Shown piece after piece: positions 11,001 through 18,927 of a stretch of 64,000 bases of DNA. The notes below the pieces were generated by a model, which worked only from the letters and a program-made list of their open reading frames with translations, was not told the origin of the DNA and ran no database searches. Source of the stretch: a virus; IMG/VR virus record IMGVR_UViG_3300032308_002010, positions 64,001 through 128,000 of that record. One strand, given 5' to 3'. Every line of letters begins with the position of its first letter. Positions within the stretch are counted from its first letter, which is position 1. A program made the position numbers and the translations under genes.

Positions 11001-12456
11001 CTTTTCGCGGGACGTACTTGAGCTTGCCATTTACAAGCGCCGCAACTACGGGCAACCCATTGTCTTCTTCACCGGGAAATACCAACGGCGTATCAGCTAG
11101 TTCTTGCGGCGTCTTGTACACCTTGTCGCCGGTTTTCATATCTACAACCGGCGTATACACCTTGCCGTCTGAGCCTTTCATGGCGCCGCGGGCAAACCGC
11201 ATATCAACGCCCACTTTTCCAGACTCGGGCGTGCGCAGGTAGTCGATAAACCCAAGATGGCTGGGTTGAACTGAGCGCGACTCAGCTGGCACGGCGTCCA
11301 GTGAGCCGATGCCCCCTTCGCCCATTCGGGTCACGCGCGTTTGGTGGTCAAAGATCTCGGCCGGGTTGATTTCTTCTAGGCTCGACCCAAGTCCGCTACC
11401 AATGAGCGCGGCTGAGATCGCCTTGTCGAACACGCCGGACGGAATGTGATCGATCGACTTTTTAGCGGTGGCTTTCCAGAGCAGCTTATTAAGCGACTGA
11501 CGATCTTTAGTAAACCGCTCTGCAATAAGGTCTTCCGGGCCGACGACAGACTGGTACACCATGTTGTCGCGGTCGTCGCTCTCGGCCTCGCGGCGATTGA
11601 CGGCGATAAGTTTTTTGGTGATCGCCAGAATAGTTTCCGGCGTCATGTTTTTGTACTCAGACCCCAACGTTCGGCGTGTAACTTCTGGGTCGAGTTCCGT
11701 CTTTGCGAACTCGGCAGCTACGGCTTGAGCTTTAGCGCGCGCGTCGGCACCCGCAACTTGTTTGTTAACAAGCCGGGCGTAGATCTTGTCCATCGTGCCC
11801 GCGTCGCCCTTCTCCATGTTGACGGCGGTAATCTCGTTGCCCCATGCCTTGCGGATGTCCTGATCTGACACGCCCATGGACTTGAGCAACGGCATAAGCG
11901 GGATCTGAGCCTGCCCGATGCTGATCTTGAACACACCGGTTTTGGGGTCGAGGAAGTACCGATGCGAACGGCCTTTACCGGGCAACGTGTTTACGTGCGC
12001 CTCGATCTCGCCGTTGTCTTTCTCGCGGGTAAACACGCCGGGGCGCAAGCGCATCTGGTGGGCCAGTGTGTACTCAACACCACCGTTGACGAACGTGCCT
12101 GAGTCGGTGAGATACGGCACGTGTGCGATCGTGGCGCGGCGCTGGCCAACAGGCTGGCCGGTTTTGTTATCAGTAAGCGTCCACGTACCTTGTAGCCGCC
12201 GGGCAAGTGTCCCTCTGGAAAGGACAGCTTTCTTCTGATCTGACCTTGTAAAACGGTCAGGTCCCGAGTAACCGACATCTTGAAGCTGCAGCGTATAAAG
12301 ATCGTTCTGCAGCGGCTTAAGGCCCTGCGCGCTCGTAAGCGCCTGATTAAAAATGTTATCCCGCATCATGCCGACATCGCCAAACGTGCGCATCGTGGGC
12401 GCAACCGGCGCGGGCATCGTCGGTGATTTTAAATCAGGCAGTTCGGGGGTTGGCAT
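8053..12456 (-). CDS. rpoB: RNA polymerase beta subunit fused to N-terminal half of beta'
   Basis: Beta motifs TDSGTFV, 'NPAEIFDHQTRV', 'GDKLTGRFGDKGVV', 'KLHHTSESKAQGRS'. Then beta' motifs 'GGLFD', 'VPVLPPLFRP', 'NRAPVLHR' and the catalytic 'GADFDGD' (~8326-8346). Confidence 0.95.
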   Translation of the reverse strand: MPTPELPDLKSPTMPAPVAPTMRTFGDVGMMRDNIFNQALTSAQGLKPLQNDLYTLQLQDVGYSGPDRFTRSDQKKAVLSRGTLARRLQGTWTLTDNKTGQPVGQRRATIAHVPYLTDSGTFVNGGVEYTLAHQMRLRPGVFTREKDNGEIEAHVNTLPGKGRSHRYFLDPKTGVFKISIGQAQIPLMPLLKSMGVSDQDIRKAWGNEITAVNMEKGDAGTMDKIYARLVNKQVAGADARAKAQAVAAEFAKTELDPEVTRRTLGSEYKNMTPETILAITKKLIAVNRREAESDDRDNMVYQSVVGPEDLIAERFTKDRQSLNKLLWKATAKKSIDHIPSGVFDKAISAALIGSGLGSSLEEINPAEIFDHQTRVTRMGEGGIGSLDAVPAESRSVQPSHLGFIDYLRTPESGKVGVDMRFARGAMKGSDGKVYTPVVDMKTGDKVYKTPQELADTPLVFPGEEDNGLPVVAALVNGKLKYVPRKEAQFSLPNMDSTFSTLSNMVPIKSMIKGHRVIMGSRMFTQALPLVNAEAPLLQSAKADDEGVSHEDEMGEKLGATRATERAQVVDVTPDGIVLRDKDGNKKTIDLYNEMPYNRKTFLHQTPLVKPGDTVEPGQLLARSNFTDQKGSAALGLNLRTAYLPFRGKNYEDAVVISESASKRLTSEHMYQHEAEWDDNTHVGKKAFVSLFPTEYDKKYLDNFDDDGAIKKGTAVKFGDPLVLVAKKKDSVYGKVHRGRAGNFTNDTITWEHHAPGIVTDVMHTKKGVSVVVKNQAPMDVGDKLTGRFGDKGVVAEIVPDDQMPKDRDGNPFEVLVSPLGLISRINPAQVIEAALGKVAAKTGSSYKLKDFDNKTDLIEFAQKELSKHGLSDTEDVIDPETGRKIGGVLTGSRFFMKLHHTSESKAQGRSMGAYTAEGTPAKGGSEGAKRVGMLDLGALLSHGAGKVIRDAKMVRGQANPEYWSQFMAGYTPPLPKVPHVYEKFVTQLKASGINVVRKGTRSNLMAMTDKDVDELAGARELKSSETVDWKGRLKPIAGGLFDETLTGGHGGNRWSKITLHEPLPNPVMEDPIRRVLGMTEKQFRSVLAGREQLGDKTGPVAIKAALERINLPKAIEQARLDIKSGRKTLRDAAVRRLGFLKSAETTGVHPKDWMINKVPVLPPLFRPVSTMGSKKLPLVADANYLYKELLDANDTLKEASGTLADYGDERLSVYDSMKAVSGLGEPQQPKNVERNVKGFLRHVFGNSPKYGTVQRKLLSSTVDLVGRAVITPNPDLDMDEVALPEEKAWDIYKPFVVRGLVRRGLPRMQALQAVEDKNKEAGAELDRQMSSRPIVINRAPVLHRYGMMAFYPKLTKNKVMEVNPVITKGFGADFDGDAMQYHVPSTEDAAKEAVEKMLPSKNLFAASTFKAHYVPNKDYQTGLYLASSRISKKSKPRVFRSKQDAVQAYRRGEIEVDTPVHIVEDNT

Positions 12457-12459
12457 GGA

Positions 12460-13314
12460 TCACCCCGCCTGCGACTGCTCAACTTGCTTCTTCAGCGCGA
12501 CGATCTCTTCGGGATCGACGTACGTCGGCAGAATACCGGCGATACGCGCTTTCGACTTTGCAGCCTCTTCAACCGCTTTTGCGCGGGAACGTTCGCGGGC
12601 GCGGTCGTACATAAGCTTCGCAGCTAAACCGCCAAGGCCCAGACCCCCGGCCACATATGTACCGCCGAGCGCCGCAGGTACACGCTTGGCTGTGTCGTAC
12701 GCGCTGGTGAGCCAGTCGAGCAACGCCTTTTTCTCGGCGGCTGCTTTTTCACTCGCCGCGTCATATGCGCTATCGAGCGCTTTGGCAGAGCCGCCCGTCA
12801 GCGCGTCGTAATATTCTTTTTCAGCGGCAGCAATTTGCTCCTGCTGATCGCGTTTCTTTTTACGCTTGTGCAGCGTTTCGATTAGTTTGTAGCCGCCGAG
12901 TCCGCCCAGTGCCGCTGCGCCAAACGTCGCGCCTGTACCGAATGACGAGCGAATGACGTTTGGGTCGTACGAGTTCTGGCCTTTGTTTGTCGCGGGCGTA
13001 AACGGCCGTAAAAAGCTGAGCACCGAGTCAGGCAGCATCTTGCCGACGCCCTCGGTGACGTTGTCGTAAATGCCGGCCGCTTTTGTCTCGGTAATCTTCG
13101 GCGTTTCTTCTTCGTTTTCTTCGTACTTGGGTTTGTTTAACGCCTGCGACAATCCGCGGGCCAGATAATACAAACTAGCAGCAGTAGCGCCAGCGCCAAG
13201 CCCGCCCAAACCAGTACGCACAATACGATCGCCCCAGAAGCGCTGGTAATCTTGGGCGGTAGGTTGGCCAACAGGGGCAGCTGGTGGGACGGCATTGTTT
13301 GCGAGTTTTTCCAT
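12460..13314 (-). CDS. Glycine-zipper/membrane-segment protein with K-x-A motifs
   Basis: 284 aa. MEKLA start; three Gly-rich hydrophobic segments (e.g. GLGGLGAGATAA). Confidence 0.6.
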   Translation of the reverse strand: MEKLANNAVPPAAPVGQPTAQDYQRFWGDRIVRTGLGGLGAGATAASLYYLARGLSQALNKPKYEENEEETPKITETKAAGIYDNVTEGVGKMLPDSVLSFLRPFTPATNKGQNSYDPNVIRSSFGTGATFGAAALGGLGGYKLIETLHKRKKKRDQQEQIAAAEKEYYDALTGGSAKALDSAYDAASEKAAAEKKALLDWLTSAYDTAKRVPAALGGTYVAGGLGLGGLAAKLMYDRARERSRAKAVEEAAKSKARIAGILPTYVDPEEIVALKKQVEQSQAG

Positions 13315-13326
13315 AAATGAGGCTCA

Positions 13327-13674
13327 CTAATTTTTGGGCGGAATCATGCCATAAACCTGCGCCCACTCTAACCAAACACGAAAATGTTTATTCTCGTCGT
13401 CCCAGTTGTCGTTGCGCTTCAGTAGCCGATACCAACCGTTCACTATTTTATCGTTTATGTCGTCAAATTCTGCTTTTTGCGTCACATCCCACAGTTCAAA
13501 CATCCGAGACTTAAAATCATACTGGATGTCGATGTTTTCCAGTTCTTCTTGTTTCAAGTCCGCGCGGTTACCGGAACCAATCACCGGAAAACCGTCGAGG
13601 GTGCCGGGCCAGTTCAAGCGGGCGTTGTTGTGCTGCTCGCCGCCGATTTCACCGTGATATTTGCGCAGGCTCAC
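13327..13674 (-). CDS. Hypothetical protein
   Basis: 115-aa ORF in a tightly packed string. Confidence 0.65.
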   Translation of the reverse strand: MSLRKYHGEIGGEQHNNARLNWPGTLDGFPVIGSGNRADLKQEELENIDIQYDFKSRMFELWDVTQKAEFDDINDKIVNGWYRLLKRNDNWDDENKHFRVWLEWAQVYGMIPPKN

Positions 13675-13677
13675 AAA

Positions 13678-14037
13678 TTACCTTTCTGGCCTATAGAGAC
13701 GTAACTTCCTATTTGTCTTAGCGCGGGCTGCGTACGCTTTATAAGCGGCAGCGAGTTCGCGCGCTTTCAAGTCTTCTTCGTCAACGTCGGGCTCCGTCAT
13801 CTTGCCCGCGACGTGCCCGGCTAGTCCGCCACCAACCGTGGCCAGCATGAGCGGCGTATACGCAATGTTTCCAAGCGCCTGAAACGAGTCAGCCATTGTT
13901 GGCAGCTGCATAGCCGCGCTTTTTACAAACGCCTCGGCGGCTTTGATGCGCGTTTCAAGCGCAGCGCCTGTTAACTGCTCTTCGGCGCAGCGGCGAAGAA
14001 ACCCGAGTTTAAAAGCTTCTTTTTCATTGACATCCAT
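13678..14037 (-). CDS. Small K-x-A motif protein with glycine-rich hydrophobic segment
   Basis: 119 aa; 'EAFKLGF...VKSAA' leader, then LATVGGGLAGHVAG. Confidence 0.6.
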   Translation of the reverse strand: MDVNEKEAFKLGFLRRCAEEQLTGAALETRIKAAEAFVKSAAMQLPTMADSFQALGNIAYTPLMLATVGGGLAGHVAGKMTEPDVDEEDLKARELAAAYKAYAARAKTNRKLRLYRPER

Positions 14038-14038
14038 G

Positions 14039-14533
14039 TCAAAACTCTCCGGGCAAAATAAGTTTTTTGGTTGGCGCGCCGACAGTAAAGTCGGGCGCGG
14101 CGTACCGTCCGGTGTCTTTTCCTACCGGTAAGGCACCCGGCAACGCAGATGTAAAATTTGCGCTGCTGGCCAAAGATATCTTACTCTTTCTGCCCGGACG
14201 GTGTCGCATAAACCACGCATCAACGGCGGGATCATCGCGGTCGCCTTGTTCTTTTGCTTCTTTTGACACGGCGACCATGTTTTCAATAGCCTGCTGCAGT
14301 TCTGCTCGGTCGGCTGATAACCACGCGGCTTTTCCGGGGTTTTCAGCGGCCATATGCCGTAACCGCTTGGCCTCGTCGCTTAGAGCCTGCGCCCGCTGTA
14401 GGAACTCTTTGCGGGTAAGCACAAAAAACTCGCCGGTTTCCTCGTCATGCAGGCAGATGAAACCGTTTTGCGCGTAAAATTTAAGCCCGCGATACGAATA
14501 GCATTTGCCTGTTGAGCCGTGAACAGCGGTCAT
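14039..14533 (-). CDS. Hypothetical protein
   Basis: 164-aa ORF in the string. Confidence 0.6.
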   Translation of the reverse strand: MTAVHGSTGKCYSYRGLKFYAQNGFICLHDEETGEFFVLTRKEFLQRAQALSDEAKRLRHMAAENPGKAAWLSADRAELQQAIENMVAVSKEAKEQGDRDDPAVDAWFMRHRPGRKSKISLASSANFTSALPGALPVGKDTGRYAAPDFTVGAPTKKLILPGEF

Positions 14534-14541
14534 TAAACACC

Positions 14542-14955
14542 TTATTTACGTGACGTACCAGACCGTAGCGTACCGTTAGAGCCGGACACGGTCGTAGGAA
14601 TTGGACACCCGTCTTCGTCGCAATCTTCTTTCTTAACGGGCGGAAGCGGATTTGCCTGCAGACGCATCGACGGTCGCGGGCCGGTATTTTTCATCTCGCC
14701 GGACGTGTCGCCTGTATTTGGCTCGCAGTCGGGGCAGTCGGTCCACGGATGGTTGCTGTCGCCGGTCGGGATCTTACCGGTACCGTTACAGCGCTTGCAG
14801 TCTTTGGTGTCAACAATCGGCTTGGTTACCGGCGTATCAGGAAGCAGAGAAGCATAAGCAGCCTCTGTAGCGACCACCCCGACAAAGTCTTTTTTGGGCG
14901 GTTCTGCATGGGTCACCGGCAGTAGCGCTAAAAGCCATTCGATCATCGTGATCAC
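14542..14955 (-). CDS. Signal-peptide protein with DnaJ-type Zn-finger motifs
   Basis: Hydrophobic N-terminus; CKRCNGTG...CPDC. Confidence 0.55.
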   Translation of the reverse strand: MITMIEWLLALLPVTHAEPPKKDFVGVVATEAAYASLLPDTPVTKPIVDTKDCKRCNGTGKIPTGDSNHPWTDCPDCEPNTGDTSGEMKNTGPRPSMRLQANPLPPVKKEDCDEDGCPIPTTVSGSNGTLRSGTSRK

Positions 14956-14976
14956 CTATTAAAGTTTACCAGTTCA

Positions 14977-16002
14977 CTAGATCCGACCGCGCGCGCCGTA
15001 ACTGCGCAGCTTTTTCGGGGGCCAGCCGTTCACGCCAGAAATCGCCACCATGTAACGATTTTTGATATCAGACCACTTAGCCCAGAAAGCGCCAACAGGA
15101 ATATCAACGACAGTCCCAAAAATACGGCGGCTTCCGGCATTCCACGCACCCCAGCTGTTTTGGACCAATACAAGCGGCTCGCCATAAAGTTTTTTAATCT
15201 CGTCGCGGTCGTCTACGCCAAGGTAGGCGAGCGCGTGCGCCCAAGAACCTTTACGTTTACTTACGCCGTTTAAATCACGCTCCGACGAAAATCCCTCGCT
15301 CCCGCAGCTACTCACGCAGTAACCATTGGCGAGAAGATCGCGTAGCGCCTCGTACTCTTCGATCTCGGTGATCGTCTGGACGAGGTGCAACTTACCAACC
15401 TCGCGCCACGCGTCCGGCGGCGTTTTTGAGCCGTATATGCCGGCGTTGCGCGATGAGTACTGCGTAAAATCAACGCCAATCTCGTCATACTTCTTGCGCA
15501 ACCACAAGCCGCTGTCGTTGAGCATAACTTGCGCGGCTTCGGCGCAGCTCCAGCCGTCCCCGCCGTGGCGGCGCCAATTGTAAATCGCTTCAGTACTCAG
15601 CACACCGTTGAGCCGCGCAGTGTCGCTTACTTCCGGGGCGCCCTCAAGCCGATTACTATTCGGGTCAGGGAGGCCGCTGGTAATCTCGCAGCACATTGTG
15701 CCGAGTGCCGCGTTTCGGCTCGACCAACTTACGCAATCACCGCGACCTTGGGCTCCACCCGGAAGGCAATCCGGGTAGAGCTTCAAGATCTCTAGCACTG
15801 GAAGACTTAACTTTCCTTTTCCTGTTTCTTCCAGTGAATATTCCGAGCACGCCATGGCGCCATCGGGGATGCCGCCAGCGGCTTTAATTTGATCGCGGAG
15901 CGCTTCAGCGGCTTCTGGGTTGCCATACGCCCCCACAAAACCCTTTTCATACGCTGCCACAACGTCATAGACGTTTTCAAAAAATTGCTCGGTGTCGGCC
16001 AT
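14977..16002 (-). CDS. Papain-like (C1) cysteine peptidase
   Basis: Oxyanion Q and catalytic C in 'QGRGDCVSW', His in 'WAHAL', Asn in 'QNSWG'. GGAG SD upstream. Confidence 0.85.
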   Translation of the reverse strand: MADTEQFFENVYDVVAAYEKGFVGAYGNPEAAEALRDQIKAAGGIPDGAMACSEYSLEETGKGKLSLPVLEILKLYPDCLPGGAQGRGDCVSWSSRNAALGTMCCEITSGLPDPNSNRLEGAPEVSDTARLNGVLSTEAIYNWRRHGGDGWSCAEAAQVMLNDSGLWLRKKYDEIGVDFTQYSSRNAGIYGSKTPPDAWREVGKLHLVQTITEIEEYEALRDLLANGYCVSSCGSEGFSSERDLNGVSKRKGSWAHALAYLGVDDRDEIKKLYGEPLVLVQNSWGAWNAGSRRIFGTVVDIPVGAFWAKWSDIKNRYMVAISGVNGWPPKKLRSYGARGRI

Positions 16003-16020
16003 TGTATTCTCCTGCTTAAA

Positions 16021-16347
16021 TCAAGCGGTCGGCTCTTCGCCCTTGGTTTCACTCACGAGTGTCACGCCCAGCGAACCGGGCTGCGCCGGCGGCAGCGTGT
16101 CTTCTGCAACAAACGTCAGCGCGGCAGGCTCGGAGCGGTTGCCGGCGTCGTCGATGTCGACCACACGTAGCTCCACAGACGAACCCTGCTCAACTAAAAC
16201 GTCACCTAACTCAGTTGCCGACGGCTCGTAAGCACGAACCTCGCGAGCAGCTTCGGCGCCGTTTACGTACACCGACAGCTCGCGTGTTACTACGTCAACG
16301 TCAACAACCGGACCAACCGAAACACGATACGTCAAAATATCAGCCAT
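16021..16347 (-). CDS. Fibronectin type III-like small protein
   Basis: Likely start MADILTY at 16347; 'VVDIDDAGNRSEPA' is an FN3 C-terminal strand motif. Confidence 0.55.
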   Translation of the reverse strand: MADILTYRVSVGPVVDVDVVTRELSVYVNGAEAAREVRAYEPSATELGDVLVEQGSSVELRVVDIDDAGNRSEPAALTFVAEDTLPPAQPGSLGVTLVSETKGEEPTA

Positions 16348-16477
16348 AGTATTTAAACTCCTAATTTGAAACACTTTTAAACCTGTTGGCGACAGCGGCG
16401 GCGCAAAAAAATGCGCCATAACTATCAACAACCAAAAAACCAAGCACAGTAAAACAACAGCTGCTTCAGCGCCCATG

Positions 16478-16930
16478 TTATTTAGCCGCTACCACCGAAC
16501 TTGCAACGATGTCGCACGCCTCTCCGAGTTTTTTCAGCGTTTCCGGGTTACCGGGCATCACGTCATCGGTTCCAACTGCCGTCTGAAACACGCGCTCAAT
16601 TGCAACGTCCAGCCCGGGGTACTTGTTCACCTGCTCGATTGCCAAATCTAACGTGCGGCCGTGCAGCTCTTCCCACTTCTCTGTCGTCGTGATGCGGTCG
16701 GGCGCTGTCGGGCGTTGAAGTACTGTTTTCAAAGATGTGTATACGTCGTAGATCCGTGCGCGATCAGCAGCAGTGCCGCCGGTCAGCAGTTTGACGATCT
16801 CAGCGTCTGTTGCCGCGTCGGCGATAACGGGACGAACAGCCGGTTTATTAAACACCGGCAGCGTCGGACCGTTTGGAAAAACTAACGACGTTAAAAGCAG
16901 TAAACCGGCGACCCAAACAAGCTTTTTCAT
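16478..16930 (-). CDS. Membrane-anchored/secreted hypothetical protein
   Basis: Likely start MKKLVWVAGLLLLTSLVF at 16930, with ATGA overlap to the upstream gene. Confidence 0.6.
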   Translation of the reverse strand: MKKLVWVAGLLLLTSLVFPNGPTLPVFNKPAVRPVIADAATDAEIVKLLTGGTAADRARIYDVYTSLKTVLQRPTAPDRITTTEKWEELHGRTLDLAIEQVNKYPGLDVAIERVFQTAVGTDDVMPGNPETLKKLGEACDIVASSVVAAK

Positions 16931-17205
16931 ACAACACCCTTTGACGGTTGTTCGTACTCCACGATCACGCGCAATAAAGACGTGCAAGCATCTACGCCAC
17001 TTTGGCAACCCTCAGCCGCCAATTTATCGCGCAGCTTGGTAACGGCAAGGATGTCGTCCACAAGCGGAACGGCAATAGACTCCTGCACAATCGGACCGCC
17101 GACAACAGCCGACGCGCCGCGAAGTCTGGCAAGAATTTCATTGCGATAAGTTACCGCAAGCAAAGCTACAAACAGCGCGCTGCTTACTAATTGAAATGTA
17201 GTCAT
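16927..17205 (-). CDS. Small N-terminal TM protein
   Basis: 92 aa, single hydrophobic N-terminal helix; GGAG SD. Confidence 0.6.
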   Translation of the reverse strand: MTTFQLVSSALFVALLAVTYRNEILARLRGASAVVGGPIVQESIAVPLVDDILAVTKLRDKLAAEGCQSGVDACTSLLRVIVEYEQPSKGVV

Positions 17206-17240
17206 AGGTTCTCCAGTTTGAGTCAGGAAAAGTTATTTTA

Positions 17241-18068
17241 TCACGTTTGCGGAACGAGCACATACGGGCGGCCGTTAATTATCAGTGTACCGCCGACGTT
17301 AATGCCGGCGTCTTTGGTGAGTGGATACGCTTTCGTGCGTTTGCCATACAGCTTGATAATTTCTGCGATGTCGCCTTCTTGCGGCTTTGTGACGTTTGGG
17401 TCGTAGTAAGGCGCCATCAGATTGCCGGCATTCAAATGCGGCAAACCCAGCGCGTGCCCTAGTTCATGGCAGATGACGGCCACCGCCATGTTGAAGCTCC
17501 AGTCCTCAGCTTCGTCAAACATCTGATCGAGCTGGACGTTTTCTGCAACACCGCACGGCAGCTCACTCCACGCTAGCGTACCGCCTTTGTTATCTAAACC
17601 GCTTTTTTTGCCGGCACCTGACCGCGCATAGATGTTTGCTTTTTTATGCGTTTCAACTCGCACCGGATCAATAGCGCAAACTTCGGCCCACTGAGAAAAC
17701 GCAATGTCGTAAGCCTCGGCGACTTGCGCGTTGGTTAAGCCGGGCAGATGCAGCTCGTGATAGTACGAGATGTTCGGCATCGGCCATTTGCACGGGTCGC
17801 CGTCAGGTGAGGTGATATTGAAGTCGGGCAGACCGCAGCGATGACGATTAATACGATGCGCTGTTTTTGGGCCGACTGTACCGGTCGGATTTAGGCCGTT
17901 GAACTCCTGAAACGTACGAACCGCTTTCTGCAGCTCGGCGCCTTTGATTTTCTTGACTTGCGCCAGCGTTTTGTCGCCGAAATACCCCAGCACGTGGAGC
18001 CGACGTAGAATCTCGCTAATTGGCAAGACATGGGCCGTACTTGGTTGTTTCGCTGGCTTCCGTGCCAT
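17241..18068 (-). CDS. Matrixin (M10) zinc metalloprotease with peptidoglycan-binding domain and cysteine switch
   Basis: PG_binding_1-like 'LQKAVRTFQEFNGLNPTGTVGPKT', switch 'HRCGLPD', Zn motif 'HELGHALGLPH', Met-turn 'LMAPYY'. Confidence 0.88.
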   Translation of the reverse strand: MARKPAKQPSTAHVLPISEILRRLHVLGYFGDKTLAQVKKIKGAELQKAVRTFQEFNGLNPTGTVGPKTAHRINRHRCGLPDFNITSPDGDPCKWPMPNISYYHELHLPGLTNAQVAEAYDIAFSQWAEVCAIDPVRVETHKKANIYARSGAGKKSGLDNKGGTLAWSELPCGVAENVQLDQMFDEAEDWSFNMAVAVICHELGHALGLPHLNAGNLMAPYYDPNVTKPQEGDIAEIIKLYGKRTKAYPLTKDAGINVGGTLIINGRPYVLVPQT

Positions 18069-18088
18069 AATGCGCGTCCCTGCAAAGG

Positions 18089-18493
18089 CTATTGCGCGGC
18101 CGCCAACTCCATGAGCCCTGCTGCTGCCGCGTCGTCGATTGTATCACTTAGCGTGTAGACGGCGCCAACGACAGGGTTATCTCGCGTATATTCGACGCCT
18201 GTTTTTTCGCAGTGGTCGCGCCACACGTTATTTAAACGGCGCCGTAAACGCATCAATTTACGCGGCGGGAGTGTTCGTAACTCGCGCATGGCTTCTTGAA
18301 TTTTTTCTTCGCTGTTCTGTTCTCGGCAATGAATGATCACCTGCACAATGATCGAAATGATCATGACGATAGTGAGCGGATCAAATTGATACGAGTTGTT
18401 ACCCTGAGCGACAAGCTCATCCGTGAGCCTGTCTCTCAGGGCTGCCAGCGCAGGCGACTCGTTCACACGGCGCTGCAGTTCTTCGTTAGTCAT
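18089..18493 (-). CDS. Single-TM hypothetical protein
   Basis: 134 aa; 'FDPLTIVMIISIIVQVIIHCR' hydrophobic helix. Confidence 0.6.
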   Translation of the reverse strand: MTNEELQRRVNESPALAALRDRLTDELVAQGNNSYQFDPLTIVMIISIIVQVIIHCREQNSEEKIQEAMRELRTLPPRKLMRLRRRLNNVWRDHCEKTGVEYTRDNPVVGAVYTLSDTIDDAAAAGLMELAAAQ

Positions 18494-18864
18494 TAGTTTA
18501 CCGTCCGTTCAGCGCGCATTTTCTCGACGGCAACTGCTTCCATGTAGTGATAGCGTGACTCGATCATCTTCGCACGAATCTGCGTACGGCCGCTGAGATA
18601 CTTCCAGATGAGCGCGCTGTTGACAACAATAATCTGGGTCGCGCCAAGAACAGCAGTGATTGACTTTGTTAGCGTTTCGGCTTGCGAGTAATCAATCCAG
18701 CCAATGAGCGCGGCCACTGTCACAAGGTTCCCGACAGCGCCAAGCGCCATCGTCCAAAACTCGGGTGTCAGCCAGCTGTTGGGATCGACGGTGGTGTCGT
18801 CTACGGCAGAGTTTAAAACACGCAGCTCTTCTCGAACCGTATCAATGCTTTTTTTTGTAGCCAT
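18493..18864 (-). CDS. Holin-like membrane protein
   Basis: Likely start MATKK at 18864 (GGAG SD). 'LTPEFW' precedes two TM helices, followed by a charged C-terminus. Confidence 0.55.
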   Translation of the reverse strand: MATKKSIDTVREELRVLNSAVDDTTVDPNSWLTPEFWTMALGAVGNLVTVAALIGWIDYSQAETLTKSITAVLGATQIIVVNSALIWKYLSGRTQIRAKMIESRYHYMEAVAVEKMRAERTVN

Positions 18865-18927
18865 TACGTTCTCCTTGTAACAAAGTGATTTGTATTTTAT
18901 CGCGCACCGTAAGACGCGCAAGACTGT

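Noticed and set aside
8053-12456. Intein or intron in the RNAP gene
   Set aside because: The ORF is continuous and shorter than cellular homologs; no splice-junction or LAGLIDADG motifs were seen.
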